A stretch of DNA of 64,000 bases from Pseudobdellovibrionaceae bacterium (GCA_039810425.1 JBDHWW010000008.1:1-64000), one strand, 5' to 3'. Counted from the stretch's first letter, positions 1 to 10,745 are shown. The notes: generated by a model from the letters alone, not told the origin. Numbers and translations: made by a program.

Positions 1-17
1 CGTCCGTCTTTGCCCAT
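1..17 (-). CDS. 5' end of a gene running off the left edge (MGKDG...)
   Basis: Minus strand reads AGGAG ATG GGC AAA GAC GGA CG. SD-to-ATG spacing is very short and only 5 codons are visible. Confidence 0.3.
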
Positions 18-630
18 CTCCTCAGACTACAATTTTTCTGGGAAAAATGCAAACTATGTATTGCTCTGGTTAATAAGTCACAAGTCCGTTATTTTTTGCC
101 TGATTTTTCTACTGACAGAGATAGCGCCCCCCTCTTCAGCAGTTGCAAACTGCTGATCTGTTATCGTGAAGGATGCAGAACGAGTGCCCTTTTTATAAAG
201 AGCTTCAACGGAGCGAAGACAATCTTGAAAAAATGCTTTTTTTCACTGTTCAGGCAACTCTCCGGACTTGTCATACAACATTCCGTACTTCGACAAGTTG
301 TCAATTTGGTCTGGGCTGAGCGATCCGCGTGGTAGTGGAGGGTTGCCATTTTGAGCAACTGAAATAGCAGGTAGAATGATTACTAAAAAAAAATCCACAA
401 TTTTTTTTCATTTAAACACATCCTGATTGCCTTAAAGGATGATGGTTTTGAAGGTTTACAACAAGGGCCAGTCTGGTCTTGAGGACTTAATCAAATTGAG
501 CTTCCAGTGGTTTGGATCCACTATTGAACTCGTCGACAGACGCTGTAATCAATTTATAAGCCAGTACTACAGGTTTCATAAACAACATTTTTGCTATATA
601 AACCTGCAAATGAATTTTTAGGAAAAAACT

Positions 631-969
631 ATGAAAAATGTATTTACGATTCTTATTGTTTCACTGAGCATGTCAACGGCGTTCGCGGCTACTAAGACGG
701 TTTCTTGCGTAGGTCCAGTAGGCGGTGCAATTGCCTCTCTTCAAGGTGAGTTAGACTTAACTCCGCGAGCAAACGGACAACAATCAGTAAGTGGCATTGT
801 TCGAATCAACTCTGGCAGCCAAATCGCTGTTGGTGGAGCTTATGACAATGTTAGTGGTCTTGAATATGCTGCGCTGCGCGTCTCAGAAACGCTTCAGACG
901 AGCGATTTCCATCTTAGCTTCACTCAATGCTGCAAATGCCGCCTGAGCTTGAGCTTCTTTCTCAGTTAG
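631..969 (+). CDS. Small secreted hypothetical protein
   Basis: AGGA-type RBS and signal peptide (MKNVFTILIVSLSMSTAFA). The last 87 nt overlap the convergent gene. Confidence 0.55.
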   Translation: MKNVFTILIVSLSMSTAFAATKTVSCVGPVGGAIASLQGELDLTPRANGQQSVSGIVRINSGSQIAVGGAYDNVSGLEYAALRVSETLQTSDFHLSFTQCCKCRLSLSFFLS

Positions 970-1389
970 AAGCTTTTGCATATGATTTAAGCGCACTTCA
1001 AAGCTTTTGATCACATTGTTATGTCGATCGACCATTTCTTGAATTTTGGCATCCAGAGCTTTGCGTTCCGCGAGTTTATTATTGATTTGCTGAATTTTTT
1101 GGCCGGCTTCCATCGCAAGGCCGTTGTGGCTGGTTTCCAATCGGCTCATGCTTTGCTGGTAGCGGTCCATACGAGCCCCGCCCGTCTTATTGGCTTCATT
1201 CAAAGCCTGGGTGAGCCTCGTTAACTGCTCGTTCACACTCATCATTTGGGTCTTGAGCTCAAATATCTGGCGGTCTGTGTTCAAGTAGGTGGGGTCCGTG
1301 TTCGGAGCCGGCGGCACCAAAGCCTCTCTACGGGCAGGTGAGGCGCTTTTCTTTTCACCGAAAAGTTCGGGATTCAATTCCTTTTGCAT
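883..1389 (-). CDS. Coiled-coil hypothetical protein
   Basis: GAGGAGGAG RBS before ATG at 1389 (MQKELNPELFG); heptad-like Q/E/K/L-rich sequence. Confidence 0.75.
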   Translation of the reverse strand: MQKELNPELFGEKKSASPARREALVPPAPNTDPTYLNTDRQIFELKTQMMSVNEQLTRLTQALNEANKTGGARMDRYQQSMSRLETSHNGLAMEAGQKIQQINNKLAERKALDAKIQEMVDRHNNVIKSFEVRLNHMQKLLTEKEAQAQAAFAALSEAKMEIARLKRF

Positions 1390-1468
1390 GACTCCTCCTC
1401 GAGAATTTGCTACGAACACCATGCTATTTCTTCTGGACACTAAAATCAATTCTTCATAAAAAGGAACC

Positions 1469-2497
1469 ATGTTAAAAGTTGGGCAGCTCATCAGATTTGT
1501 AGCCGGTTTGAATCCGCAGAATACGCCTGCGAAGCTGTCATTCTATAATTTTTTACGTGGATTTCCGAATCCGGAAGAGCCCCTCACCCCTGAGTTGATC
1601 GAATTGTTCTTTATTTACTGCATGGACTACCCGCACTGGGCGGCGAACAAGAATCAGCTCGGGAACGAGGTCCAGTATCTTCTCGAAAACTTCAACTCGT
1701 TCTATCAACAGAATTTCGATCTGAGTCTTATCCGTTTCCCGCAAACGATGCAGCTGCTGGAGATTGAACGCCCGAACGATCTCGAAGATGTGCTGATGAT
1801 TTACTTGAAACGTCAGTATGCTGAGGCCGACAAAATTCGCCTGATCAATGATCAGAATAAACGCATGATCGCTATCATTCTTCATGAGGACAAGGGCCTC
1901 AGCGTGCGTATGTATGATAAAAAATTCACCATCCGTGACGGGCATCTTGAGCCTCTTCGTAAGGACCTTGCACTTTATTACACTCCGAACTTGGAGCTCA
2001 GCCCGGATCACAAACAGAAGATCGAAGTCGCTCCTTACATCATTTCTGAGTTCCGGGTGAAAAACGACAAGGTCTATGGCTGCCTCTTGCGCGGCTATGT
2101 TTATCAGAAACTCCTTGAATTCAAAGGGGAATCCCTGAAAGAACAAACCCGTCTGCTTTATCCTATCAAGCGTGTGGAGCAGTTCTTCGTCGATCGCCGC
2201 ACGGATCCTTACTACCAAGATATGATCAGCCAGCTCGAAAGGACTCTGGCACTGATTCAACAAGGTGATCGCGAGGCTCTGAACTGGAGCTCGATGGTTC
2301 TCACCCAGGCTGAAACCGCTCTCGAAAACGTGTTCACAGGTGACAAGTTGCTCTCCCTTCTGGTAAGAGATCTGCGTCATACTAGTGAAACTACTCGCAA
2401 ATTGGACCCTTCCCTGAAATTGGGGTCGGCGCATAACGAGGCGGATGAGGAATGTCTGAAAATAACCCCGAGAACAAATTACGACTTAACAAACTAA
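1469..2497 (+). CDS. Hypothetical protein (342 aa)
   Basis: Long ORF with AAGGA RBS; overlaps the start of the next gene. Confidence 0.75.
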   Translation: MLKVGQLIRFVAGLNPQNTPAKLSFYNFLRGFPNPEEPLTPELIELFFIYCMDYPHWAANKNQLGNEVQYLLENFNSFYQQNFDLSLIRFPQTMQLLEIERPNDLEDVLMIYLKRQYAEADKIRLINDQNKRMIAIILHEDKGLSVRMYDKKFTIRDGHLEPLRKDLALYYTPNLELSPDHKQKIEVAPYIISEFRVKNDKVYGCLLRGYVYQKLLEFKGESLKEQTRLLYPIKRVEQFFVDRRTDPYYQDMISQLERTLALIQQGDREALNWSSMVLTQAETALENVFTGDKLLSLLVRDLRHTSETTRKLDPSLKLGSAHNEADEECLKITPRTNYDLTN

Positions 2498-3330
2498 TCG
2501 CAGACAGCGGACTTGCAAGCCGCCGCCATGCCGACCGCATGATCGAAGAGGGTCAAGTGACCGTCAACGGGAAGCGCGTGTACGAGTTGGGTATTAAAGT
2601 GGACCCAGCCCATGACAACATCATGGTGAACGGCAAACCTCTGAAAAAACCAATGCAAAACGTTTACATTCTCTTCAATAAGCCGAAGGGCGTTTTGACG
2701 ACGATGGAAGATCCTCTCGGCCGTCCAACGATCGCGGAATACCTTGAAAGTGTTCCGGGCCGCGTTTTCCCGGTGGGTCGTCTGGATTGGGACTCTGAGG
2801 GTCTGTTGCTCCTTACGAACGATGGCGATTTCGCCAACAAAGTGACTCACCCAAAAGCGGAAGTCACTAAGACCTATATGGTGAAAGTTGACGGCCAGCC
2901 ATCGAAGGAAGATTTGCAGAAACTTCTTCGCGGCGTCACGATCGTCGGCGGCAAAGTGGCGGCAAAGCACATCGAGAAAATCAAACGCCAAGAAGGTTCT
3001 GATAAGTATGACTGGTACAAAATGGTCATCACAGAAGGTAAGAACCGTCAGATCCGTCAGATGTTTGAGAAAATCGGCTTCGACGTTATGAAGCTTCAAC
3101 GTGTGGCGATCGGTCGTTTGCGCATCGGCAATGTTGAGCGCGGCGAATTGGTGTTCTTAAATGATGCCGCCGTTGAACGCGTATTCTTGCCGGATTCTCC
3201 GGATGAGTTGAAAGTGAAAAAGACCTACAAAGGTCGCGCGGTCGCACAGCGTGCGGCTGCGGAAAAGAAAAAAACCGGCGGCAAAAAGCCTTTTGCCAAA
3301 AAAGGAAAAACACCTTTCAATAAGAGATAG
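2452..3330 (+). CDS. rluB: rRNA pseudouridine synthase, RsuA/RluB family
   Basis: S4 domain (LNKLIADSGLASRR), catalytic GRLD motif, EGKNRQIR motif. Confidence 0.9.
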   Translation: MSENNPENKLRLNKLIADSGLASRRHADRMIEEGQVTVNGKRVYELGIKVDPAHDNIMVNGKPLKKPMQNVYILFNKPKGVLTTMEDPLGRPTIAEYLESVPGRVFPVGRLDWDSEGLLLLTNDGDFANKVTHPKAEVTKTYMVKVDGQPSKEDLQKLLRGVTIVGGKVAAKHIEKIKRQEGSDKYDWYKMVITEGKNRQIRQMFEKIGFDVMKLQRVAIGRLRIGNVERGELVFLNDAAVERVFLPDSPDELKVKKTYKGRAVAQRAAAEKKKTGGKKPFAKKGKTPFNKR

Positions 3331-4205
3331 TGAATCGCACGTCCCTGACTGGAATAATTGAAATCACCCTAGGAAGCCTCGGTTTTGGCTTCCTGGGCAT
3401 TTTTGGTAAATGGGCCTTCGCCAGCGGCCTGGCTGTTGGCGAACTCCTCACCTATCGTTTCATTGTCGCCGCCCTTGTTCTGTGGATCGCCCTATTTATT
3501 TTTCAACGCGATAAAATCCGTCTCTCTCGTTCACAAATTTTAATCTCAGCGGCACTTGGGATTTTTGGTTATGCCGTGTTTGCAACGCTGTATTTTACCG
3601 CAGTTGCGGGGATGAGTGTCGGGCTTGCAGCTTTATTACTTTATACCTATCCATTTTGGGTCAGTTTGCTCGGACATTTTTTCTTGCGCGACAAGATGAC
3701 AAAGAATCAATGGCTTTTGCTCTTCGGCGCTTTTGCCGGTGTGACGTGCCTATTATGGGGTCAGTTCCATGTGAACAATATGGGCGCGCTCTTCGCGGGA
3801 CTGGGCTCTGCGGCGACTTATGCGGCTTATATTTTATTTTCCGCACGCTATCAGCGAAATGTAAAACCGATCTCTTCGAGTCTTTACGTTATCACCTTCG
3901 CCGCCCTGGCATTGGCGGCCTTTCACCAGCCAGATTTACGAGTATGGGCCGTGCTTACACCTTCCCAATGGCGATTTGTTTTGGGAATTGCCACCATCTC
4001 GACAATCTTTCCGATGACTCTGATTTTAGCGGGCTTGCAGAAATTAAAAAGCTCACAAGCCGCGCTGATCACCATGCTGGAACCCGTCACCGCAGCCATA
4101 GCTGCCGGATATTTACTCAATGAACGGATGAGCGCGCTACAAATCGCCGGCGCCACTCTCGTGCTGGCCTGCTTGGTCCTCAGTATTTTGCGCTCTGGAA
4201 AATAA
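3330..4205 (+). CDS. DMT/EamA family transporter
   Basis: About 10 hydrophobic helices, LLLYTYP and LEPVTA motifs. Confidence 0.85.
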   Translation: MNRTSLTGIIEITLGSLGFGFLGIFGKWAFASGLAVGELLTYRFIVAALVLWIALFIFQRDKIRLSRSQILISAALGIFGYAVFATLYFTAVAGMSVGLAALLLYTYPFWVSLLGHFFLRDKMTKNQWLLLFGAFAGVTCLLWGQFHVNNMGALFAGLGSAATYAAYILFSARYQRNVKPISSSLYVITFAALALAAFHQPDLRVWAVLTPSQWRFVLGIATISTIFPMTLILAGLQKLKSSQAALITMLEPVTAAIAAGYLLNERMSALQIAGATLVLACLVLSILRSGK

Positions 4206-4343
4206 CTGCATGGGGCGGGCGATCGGCGGCAGTTCCTGCTAAATCGCGGAAAATTCACATTTTCGTCGGCAATTTTGCCACGCCAAGATCAGCTTCGTTT
4301 CCACTGATTTTGCTATAAATGATTTCATCATGAAGGAGGAGTT

Positions 4344-4859
4344 ATGTATAGCAAGGCTAAAATCGCCAATCACCCTATTCATCCCATGCTTGTGGGCTTT
4401 CCAATTACATTCTACGTTTTAACTCTCGTTAGTTTTGTCGTCTTCAAAACCGCAAGCCCCGATATCTTTTGGTTCAAAATGGGTTACTTTGCGAACTATG
4501 CCGCCATCATCACAGCCCTGTGCGCGGCTACTCCTGGCTATATCGACTGGGCTCTGGGCATTCCAAATCAAACGGTGGCAAAAACCCGCGGCTTGATTCA
4601 TATGTCGTTAAATCTAACAACCCTGGCTCTTTATATTGTGAATGCTTTTCTACTCGAAGGCACTTGGGAAACCGGCACCGCAAGTCTGGGTCTGCCTATT
4701 ACTTTGTGTGCAATTGGCTGTTTGCTAACCGTTGGCGCAGGCTTCTATGGATGGCAAATGGTTCAGAAAGACAAAGTCGGTGTGGATATGAACTCGGAGC
4801 AGGCCAATATCCAAGAACGCTACGAGCGCGAGCACCACGAACCAACGGTATTCCACTAA
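4344..4859 (+). CDS. DUF2231-type membrane protein
   Basis: HPIHPMLVGFPI N-terminal motif, 4 TM helices, strong AAGGAGGAG RBS. Confidence 0.8.
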   Translation: MYSKAKIANHPIHPMLVGFPITFYVLTLVSFVVFKTASPDIFWFKMGYFANYAAIITALCAATPGYIDWALGIPNQTVAKTRGLIHMSLNLTTLALYIVNAFLLEGTWETGTASLGLPITLCAIGCLLTVGAGFYGWQMVQKDKVGVDMNSEQANIQERYEREHHEPTVFH

Positions 4860-6673
4860 AAAACTGGCAACTTGCACTCGTTAAATTGAAAGTCTTTCTC
4901 GCAGCCTATAACCGCGCGGATAGGTTGCGAAAAGAGTTCTTTGCGGCGTTGATCGCCTTCGGTGTGGGCGCTAAAGACAAACTCTTTCTCAGCCGAACTT
5001 TCATCCGGATAGTGGCTCGCCAAAGACGGTTCTGCACAAAGCCAAGAAGCTCCCGCTAGAAACTTGTTTCTGCGCTCCCATTGAAAAGGCAGCTGAGTTA
5101 AGAAATCCGCCATCGCGTAACTACCGATGACATCGGCAAAACGCTCTCCCGGAGGGGACGAATAGCCCCCGCTCTCAAGCTCATTCAAGCCCGAGAACTC
5201 GCCCTCAATTGCAAGTGTCTTTTCAATAATCTGTCTCGTCATATTCTTTGCGACCTCAATCGAAGATCGCATTTTCTGCGCGGGGGCTTCGTCCGAGCAT
5301 CTGTACGCCGCTGTAAAAAACATCAGTGTCGTGAGCTCATCATTCACCGGCTCTTCACCTTGGCTCCAAAGATAGTAGCTGCATGGGTTCAAGTAGTTTG
5401 GATTTTTCTGCGTGCGCCCGTCAGGCATGGGAATTCTTGCTTTCGTGATACGCAGGAAACGATCGCTCGTCGCCAATTGCGACACCCGGTCGCTTGCCAT
5501 ACTGCTTGCAAAGCGCTTGATGTCTTCACCCGTCAGAGCCTTACTGGTCGGCCGACGCTTTAAGCATCTTTGGAACTCTGGCAAATCCGGCTGAAAGCCA
5601 TCGAGTGACTTTAAGTTGGTAGTAAATTGTCCTTGAAATTCGTTCCATTTTTCACAAGAGAACTGCTGGGCCTCGCAGACGTTGGCCCTGAGCGTGCGGA
5701 CTTGCCGCCCCATTTCAGAGCTCACCTCAAACAAATAGGCGGTGCGATCAATGTCAAGCGAGTGGCCCATTTCATGCGCAAGAGTCTGCAAAATATCTTC
5801 ACTATTAAAATCGCCCGCACATACCGTGATGACGTTGAGATACGTATAGTAATAGGCATTTGCCTTGATGGTCGAGCACTCCTCATTCGAAATCGCCGGC
5901 AATGATCCCGGAAGAGCCAGCTGCACATCCTTGATCCTTTGCGACCAATTCGTTTTTAAAGTATCCGGAGCATCTAGCTGCTGAATCAATTTCAAATAGC
6001 TCAGCTTGAGCTTATCAAAAGTCATTTCGACCTGGCGCCAATTGGCATTCCCGTTCCAGATCGCTTTAGAGATTTCCGCGACTAACAGTCTTCTTGCGCG
6101 GCTTTGCTCCAGTGAAATCTCCAGCGGCACAAGCTTGTCAGGAAGAGTGTAAAACCCAGGAAATTTCTTACTCATTCTTGTTATCACAGTTTCATTAAAG
6201 GTCGCAGACCAGATCGAGCTGAGTTCAAAGCTATGTTGTTCTACGGCAAGGCGCTCAGAAAGGCTCATCTGCGGAATTGGCTTTCTTTGCAGAAATCCTT
6301 CCAGCTTCGCAAAGTAGGAATGGCGATTCAGAGTCCGCAGAAAATCCTTCGGCAACAAGTCCCTGTTTTGAAGCTTGGCTTTAGAATAGCTGTAAAAGAC
6401 CTGGCTAAATTGATTGGATGTTTCCCCTTGTAAAACCTTTGTCGCCGCTGTCGATCTCTTTATTTCCAAGTTCCCCGCCGCCATCGGCGAATAGAGGTAG
6501 TTGCAATAATAGTCCAACATCGACTTGCATTGAGGGGCCTCTTTAGAAGTATGAAAAATATCAGAAGAAAAACTCGCGATACCCCCGGGCTCTACTCTTT
6601 TAACTGGGGACTCGCAGCCGGCAAACACCTGTGCGAATAGTATTAAAAAAACGGTGACAGTGCTTTTTTTCAC
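4856..6673 (-). CDS. Lipoprotein with M13 (neprilysin)-like zinc metallopeptidase motifs
   Basis: Lipobox FAGC; NAYY, HEMGH and ERFAD motifs in M13 order. Confidence 0.65.
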   Translation of the reverse strand: MKKSTVTVFLILFAQVFAGCESPVKRVEPGGIASFSSDIFHTSKEAPQCKSMLDYYCNYLYSPMAAGNLEIKRSTAATKVLQGETSNQFSQVFYSYSKAKLQNRDLLPKDFLRTLNRHSYFAKLEGFLQRKPIPQMSLSERLAVEQHSFELSSIWSATFNETVITRMSKKFPGFYTLPDKLVPLEISLEQSRARRLLVAEISKAIWNGNANWRQVEMTFDKLKLSYLKLIQQLDAPDTLKTNWSQRIKDVQLALPGSLPAISNEECSTIKANAYYYTYLNVITVCAGDFNSEDILQTLAHEMGHSLDIDRTAYLFEVSSEMGRQVRTLRANVCEAQQFSCEKWNEFQGQFTTNLKSLDGFQPDLPEFQRCLKRRPTSKALTGEDIKRFASSMASDRVSQLATSDRFLRITKARIPMPDGRTQKNPNYLNPCSYYLWSQGEEPVNDELTTLMFFTAAYRCSDEAPAQKMRSSIEVAKNMTRQIIEKTLAIEGEFSGLNELESGGYSSPPGERFADVIGSYAMADFLTQLPFQWERRNKFLAGASWLCAEPSLASHYPDESSAEKEFVFSAHTEGDQRRKELFSQPIRAVIGCEKDFQFNECKLPVF

Positions 6674-8035
6674 TTAAGCCTCTTCTCTTGGAAAATCCAC
6701 CCTTACTTCTGTTCCGTCAAAGCCGCTCTGAATAGTGAGTTTCCATTCGTATATTTTTGCGACCGTTGTCACCCAAGCTAAACCAAGACCATTGCCCGTG
6801 AGCCCCTCTTCTTCATGGATTCCAATATTGAACGGTTGTCCAAGCCGCTCAATAACCTCTTTAGAAATACCCATGCCCCGATCACGGATCACCAAGGCGT
6901 GGTCTTCCACGACAACGTCCACCGGGGTGCCTGACGGAGAAAACTTCAACGCATTTGTCAGTATATTCATCACCATAAGGTCTAAATGGATTGGATTGGC
7001 AAAAACCGGAAAATCTGAGACCACTTTGATGCGAATCCTTTCGGGGGCAATTTTATCCAATCTGGCAACAAGTGATTTGACCAGGGCCTTCACCCTGAGG
7101 GCGTGAAGATTTTTTTGCACATCAGAGTTCTCAAGGTCGGCCCAGTCTAAGAACTGGGTAATAATCTCAGACATATGACGAATTTCTTTAAAAGTCTCTT
7201 GAGCATAGGGCTCTGGTAAAAGCCCCATTTTCTTTTTGGATTCAACCTCGGCCCTTAAAATCGCCAGTGGTGTCTTTAGCTCATGTGCCATTTGCAGCGT
7301 CCATGACCGCGTCAGCTTGTGATTCAAGTTGATCCTATCAATGAGCTTCTGCGTCGTGCTGACGAGACTGGAAAACTCATCGGCGCCCGCCCAGAAAACT
7401 CTCCCAAATTTCAAAACTTTTCGCGGCAGTGGCTTAAGGTCGCGTAAGTTCCCTAAGTTCGAGGTGATCTCATTTAGATGCCGAATAAGAAGCCGGAGCG
7501 GTGACAATAGAACCAAAGTCAAAAGCACCGAGGCAAAAAACAAGGCGACAACAATGCCCGTGATATAATTAAAGACGTGGGAATCAAGAATTTCCCAATT
7601 GAGAAAATTCTTATCCAAAACAAGCCCCACCTGAAGCGTGAGATGTCTTGGCCCGGGCAACTCGGTATTCCGAACCCGAACATATTCTTCCTCAGTCTTC
7701 ACCGCGACCCACTCCGGGTGAATCGGCAATTCTGTTTTTAGCAAACCAACATTGAAACTCTGATACAAAATTTTTGCATGGGAATCCCTGAGAATAAAGA
7801 CTTTCCCGATTCGTGCCCCCTCTAACACCGTTGAAATAGCGTCTTCAATGGTCTCAAGATGACCGGTTGCCGCTATAAACTTCGGAGAACTCATAAGAAT
7901 TTCGGAACTTTCACCGATTTGCTTATCAATCAATTTAAGGCGCTGACTCTGAAAAAAATAGACATGGACAAGATTGATACCAACAGCGGCAAAGACAAGC
8001 GTCGTCAGAATGATAATAAAGAATCTATTCCTCAA
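6674..8035 (-). CDS. Membrane sensor histidine kinase
   Basis: 2 TM, H-box AHELKTPL, N-box NALKF, DRGMG and GNGLGL. Confidence 0.9.
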   Translation of the reverse strand: MRNRFFIIILTTLVFAAVGINLVHVYFFQSQRLKLIDKQIGESSEILMSSPKFIAATGHLETIEDAISTVLEGARIGKVFILRDSHAKILYQSFNVGLLKTELPIHPEWVAVKTEEEYVRVRNTELPGPRHLTLQVGLVLDKNFLNWEILDSHVFNYITGIVVALFFASVLLTLVLLSPLRLLIRHLNEITSNLGNLRDLKPLPRKVLKFGRVFWAGADEFSSLVSTTQKLIDRINLNHKLTRSWTLQMAHELKTPLAILRAEVESKKKMGLLPEPYAQETFKEIRHMSEIITQFLDWADLENSDVQKNLHALRVKALVKSLVARLDKIAPERIRIKVVSDFPVFANPIHLDLMVMNILTNALKFSPSGTPVDVVVEDHALVIRDRGMGISKEVIERLGQPFNIGIHEEEGLTGNGLGLAWVTTVAKIYEWKLTIQSGFDGTEVRVDFPREEA

Positions 8036-8711
8036 CCCAGTAACCGATATTTCTCATGTTTTTAATTGTAATACCAGCATCGGCCTCTTTAAGGCGTCGG
8101 CGCAGTTTATTCACCGTAGCTTCAATCACATTGCTTTCAACATCCGTACTGATACCCCAGACTTGTTCATAGAGGTCGTTCTTATTAAAGACCTTTCCCG
8201 GCGACTGAACCAGCGTGCGTAACAGTGCGAACTCCTTATTCTGCAAAGGCACGACCTGGTCGGCAGCAATGAGCGTCCTGTCTTCGATATTCAAAACGAG
8301 GTTGCCAAAACGAACTTCCGGACGACTGCGCCGCTGCAGAACGCGAACCCTGGCCGCCAACTCGTCACTATCAAAAGGTTTCGACATGTAATCATCAGCG
8401 CCCATATTGAGAATCGCGGCCTTTTCTGCCGAGGTGCTAATTGCCGAGAGAACTAAGATTTTGCATTCTGGCAGACGTTGTTTAATCGCCGCGATAAAAC
8501 TTGCCGAGTCTTTGCTCTGAAGAAGACGATCCAGGACAATAACGTCGAACCTCTGATCATTTAGCAGGACAAGTTCTTCCAAGCACTGATAGGAATCACA
8601 AGGTGAAACCCAGTAACCTTGTTCCTGCAGAGCTTCAGAAAGCCGTTGCAAAAGTTTTACTTCATCCTCAACGACCAGTATACGTGTGTTTGAATTTACT
8701 TCTTTTATCAT
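8025..8711 (-). CDS. OmpR-family response regulator
   Basis: REC domain (VVEDE, LD, KPF) plus winged helix (NVIEATVNKLRRRL, RNIGY). Confidence 0.9.
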   Translation of the reverse strand: MIKEVNSNTRILVVEDEVKLLQRLSEALQEQGYWVSPCDSYQCLEELVLLNDQRFDVIVLDRLLQSKDSASFIAAIKQRLPECKILVLSAISTSAEKAAILNMGADDYMSKPFDSDELAARVRVLQRRSRPEVRFGNLVLNIEDRTLIAADQVVPLQNKEFALLRTLVQSPGKVFNKNDLYEQVWGISTDVESNVIEATVNKLRRRLKEADAGITIKNMRNIGYWVEE

Positions 8712-9005
8712 AGGTTCCTTCTACTTTAAGAAAGAAGCTGGAAAGAACCAGCATTCCTCCGATGGGAAACCCTAAATTAAAATTTATCTTTAAAGATTTT
8801 CAACCTTTATAAGACTTAAGATTTCGAAATTACAAATATTTTTCGAGCTTGCGCTGAAAACACCTCTTCATCAGTCGAGTTGCAGTTCGTTTGTGTCTAC
8901 GCCATTCTAAATCCGGTTTCTAAAAAATTCTCTAATTTTAATTTTGTGAAGCTTCTAGTCATCGAGCTCAACAAACAGATGTTCCATCTTTGGAAAGGCG
9001 GAAGA

Positions 9006-9524
9006 ATGCATTCAGGTTATTTACTACTCTTGGGCGGTCTTTTAGTTTTGGCTGCTTGCTCTAGCGGCCAAAAGAAACAAGCCGCGACGTTGCCGACGGC
9101 AATTGTTCAAAAAACGGAGGAAGCGACTATTCCCACGGTAACCCAGCCGCAAGCTAAAAAAGATGAAATTACCTGTGAACGCGGTCAAGAAAAACGCACT
9201 CTTCACATCGAACCAATCGATCCTAAAGGCTGCAAACTCTGGTATTCACACTACAGCACAAAAGACCCGGTGGCTTCGTCAAAAATCGCAAACACTCACT
9301 GTGAAAAAGTCCAAACGATCATCCGCGGCCATCTCGAAGAAGCCAAATTTAGTTGCAATGGAAGCAAAGCCCCTATTGCAAAGACTGCGGCTATGACGAC
9401 GACCACCCCCGCGGCAACACCATCTCCGACACCATCTCCGACACCATCTCCGACACCATCTCCGACACCATCTCCGACACCGACGCCAGGAGCAAGTCCA
9501 ACGGCCCCCTCAGTTAAGAAATAG
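9006..9524 (+). CDS. Lipoprotein with Pro/Thr/Ser-rich tail
   Basis: Lipobox LAAC, 4-Cys domain, (TPSP)n tail. Confidence 0.75.
   Translation: MHSGYLLLLGGLLVLAACSSGQKKQAATLPTAIVQKTEEATIPTVTQPQAKKDEITCERGQEKRTLHIEPIDPKGCKLWYSHYSTKDPVASSKIANTHCEKVQTIIRGHLEEAKFSCNGSKAPIAKTAAMTTTTPAATPSPTPSPTPSPTPSPTPSPTPTPGASPTAPSVKK
9417..9481 (+). repeat. Perfect 12-bp tandem repeat ACACCATCTCCG x5 plus partial copy
   Basis: Directly visible; in frame, encodes TPSP repeats. Confidence 0.95.
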
Positions 9525-9636
9525 TTTGCACCCCTCTTTCGTGGTCTCCAAAAGAGGCTTTCTGTCTACTTCCAAAATGGTCACACAAAGTTCATGGGAC
9601 GGAAGAGGGGTCTTTAATTTTTCGCCAAAGCCTGGC

Positions 9637-10743
9637 TTAGGCGGCGTCGCGGTGGGCGTCCCGAACAAGACGGCTGTGCGCCAGTTCCTGTAGATATTTT
9701 CCAAGGAAGATATTTTGCGCGAGCAAGCGATAGAATTCAGACTGGTTGATTTCCACAAGCAAAGTCTCGCGTTGCGCGAGGACTGATGCCGAACGAACAC
9801 CTTGATTGGCAAGCAATGCAATCTCGCCGAGGAACGCGCCTTGGTTCATCACGTTGATATTCTTTCCACCTTGATTGATCACGAGAGACCCTTGAACAAC
9901 AACATAAGCGCTTTGGCCTTTGTCCCCTTCATTGAAGAGAACTTGCCCATCGGTGCAACGAACAAACTTACCGGAGTGGCTCAAAGCATCGAAGCAATCC
10001 GACGGCACTTCTTTAAAAAGCGGTGAGTTCAGCAAAGCATGTTGTACCCAAAAACGAAATTGCAGGCCCTGGGCTTTGTCTTTCTTGAGGAAACGATCGA
10101 AGATCTCAGGCAAGCAAGGAATACGTAAGATCCGGCAATCCGTCATCGAGATCACGTCGGCAGACCGAGGCCGCCCTAGCAAGAAGGCTCCCTCACCAAA
10201 CACGGAATGCTCTGCCAAAGAGGCCACGAGATATTTTCCACCCTGTTGATGTTGCTTATAAACGCCCGCCGTGCCCTTAAGAATAACAAAGAGGTCACGA
10301 GTTGTCTCACCCTGGCGGCAAATCAAGGACTTTGGCGGCACATGGTGAATGGTGGTTTTTGACAACAAGAAGTCCGTTAATTGCGGCTCTAACGAGCGGA
10401 AAAACGGAAGTTCTTTATAAGACCTCAAGGAACCGATCGTGCTCTCGGGAGTATCGAGGTTCAATATCTTGTTCCACAATGACTTTTCAGAAACAGGCTT
10501 CATACGATCAAAATACGCGTAGAAAGTCGCATTACGAATCGCTTTAGCCGCCACGAGTTTTTCCATCAGATCCGCGAACTCAACAAAGTTCACGAGCCAG
10601 CCCTGCTGCAAAAAGTGATGAACCACTCCTTCGATAGATTTTCCGCCCTGCAGAATCTGCAGATACAATTTCTGCAAATCCGTCAAGTCTGGAAGACCTG
10701 AAAATCGTGAGTCAAAATGAACAACTTCTTTTTCGATTTTCAT
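9637..10743 (-). CDS. Protein with two cyclic-nucleotide-binding domains
   Basis: Two phosphate-binding cassettes: FGEGAF..RSADV and LGEIAL..RSASV. Confidence 0.85.
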   Translation of the reverse strand: MKIEKEVVHFDSRFSGLPDLTDLQKLYLQILQGGKSIEGVVHHFLQQGWLVNFVEFADLMEKLVAAKAIRNATFYAYFDRMKPVSEKSLWNKILNLDTPESTIGSLRSYKELPFFRSLEPQLTDFLLSKTTIHHVPPKSLICRQGETTRDLFVILKGTAGVYKQHQQGGKYLVASLAEHSVFGEGAFLLGRPRSADVISMTDCRILRIPCLPEIFDRFLKKDKAQGLQFRFWVQHALLNSPLFKEVPSDCFDALSHSGKFVRCTDGQVLFNEGDKGQSAYVVVQGSLVINQGGKNINVMNQGAFLGEIALLANQGVRSASVLAQRETLLVEINQSEFYRLLAQNIFLGKYLQELAHSRLVRDAHRDAA

Positions 10744-10745
10744 CG

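Noticed and set aside
1553..2434. 293-aa antisense ORF and other long shadow ORFs (e.g. 2494-3099, 14106-14711, 54417-55199)
   Set aside because: They lie opposite well-supported genes and have no recognisable motifs.
9417..9481. Tandem repeat as CRISPR array or phase-variation tract
   Set aside because: No spacers or cas genes; the 12-bp unit preserves the frame and encodes a linker.
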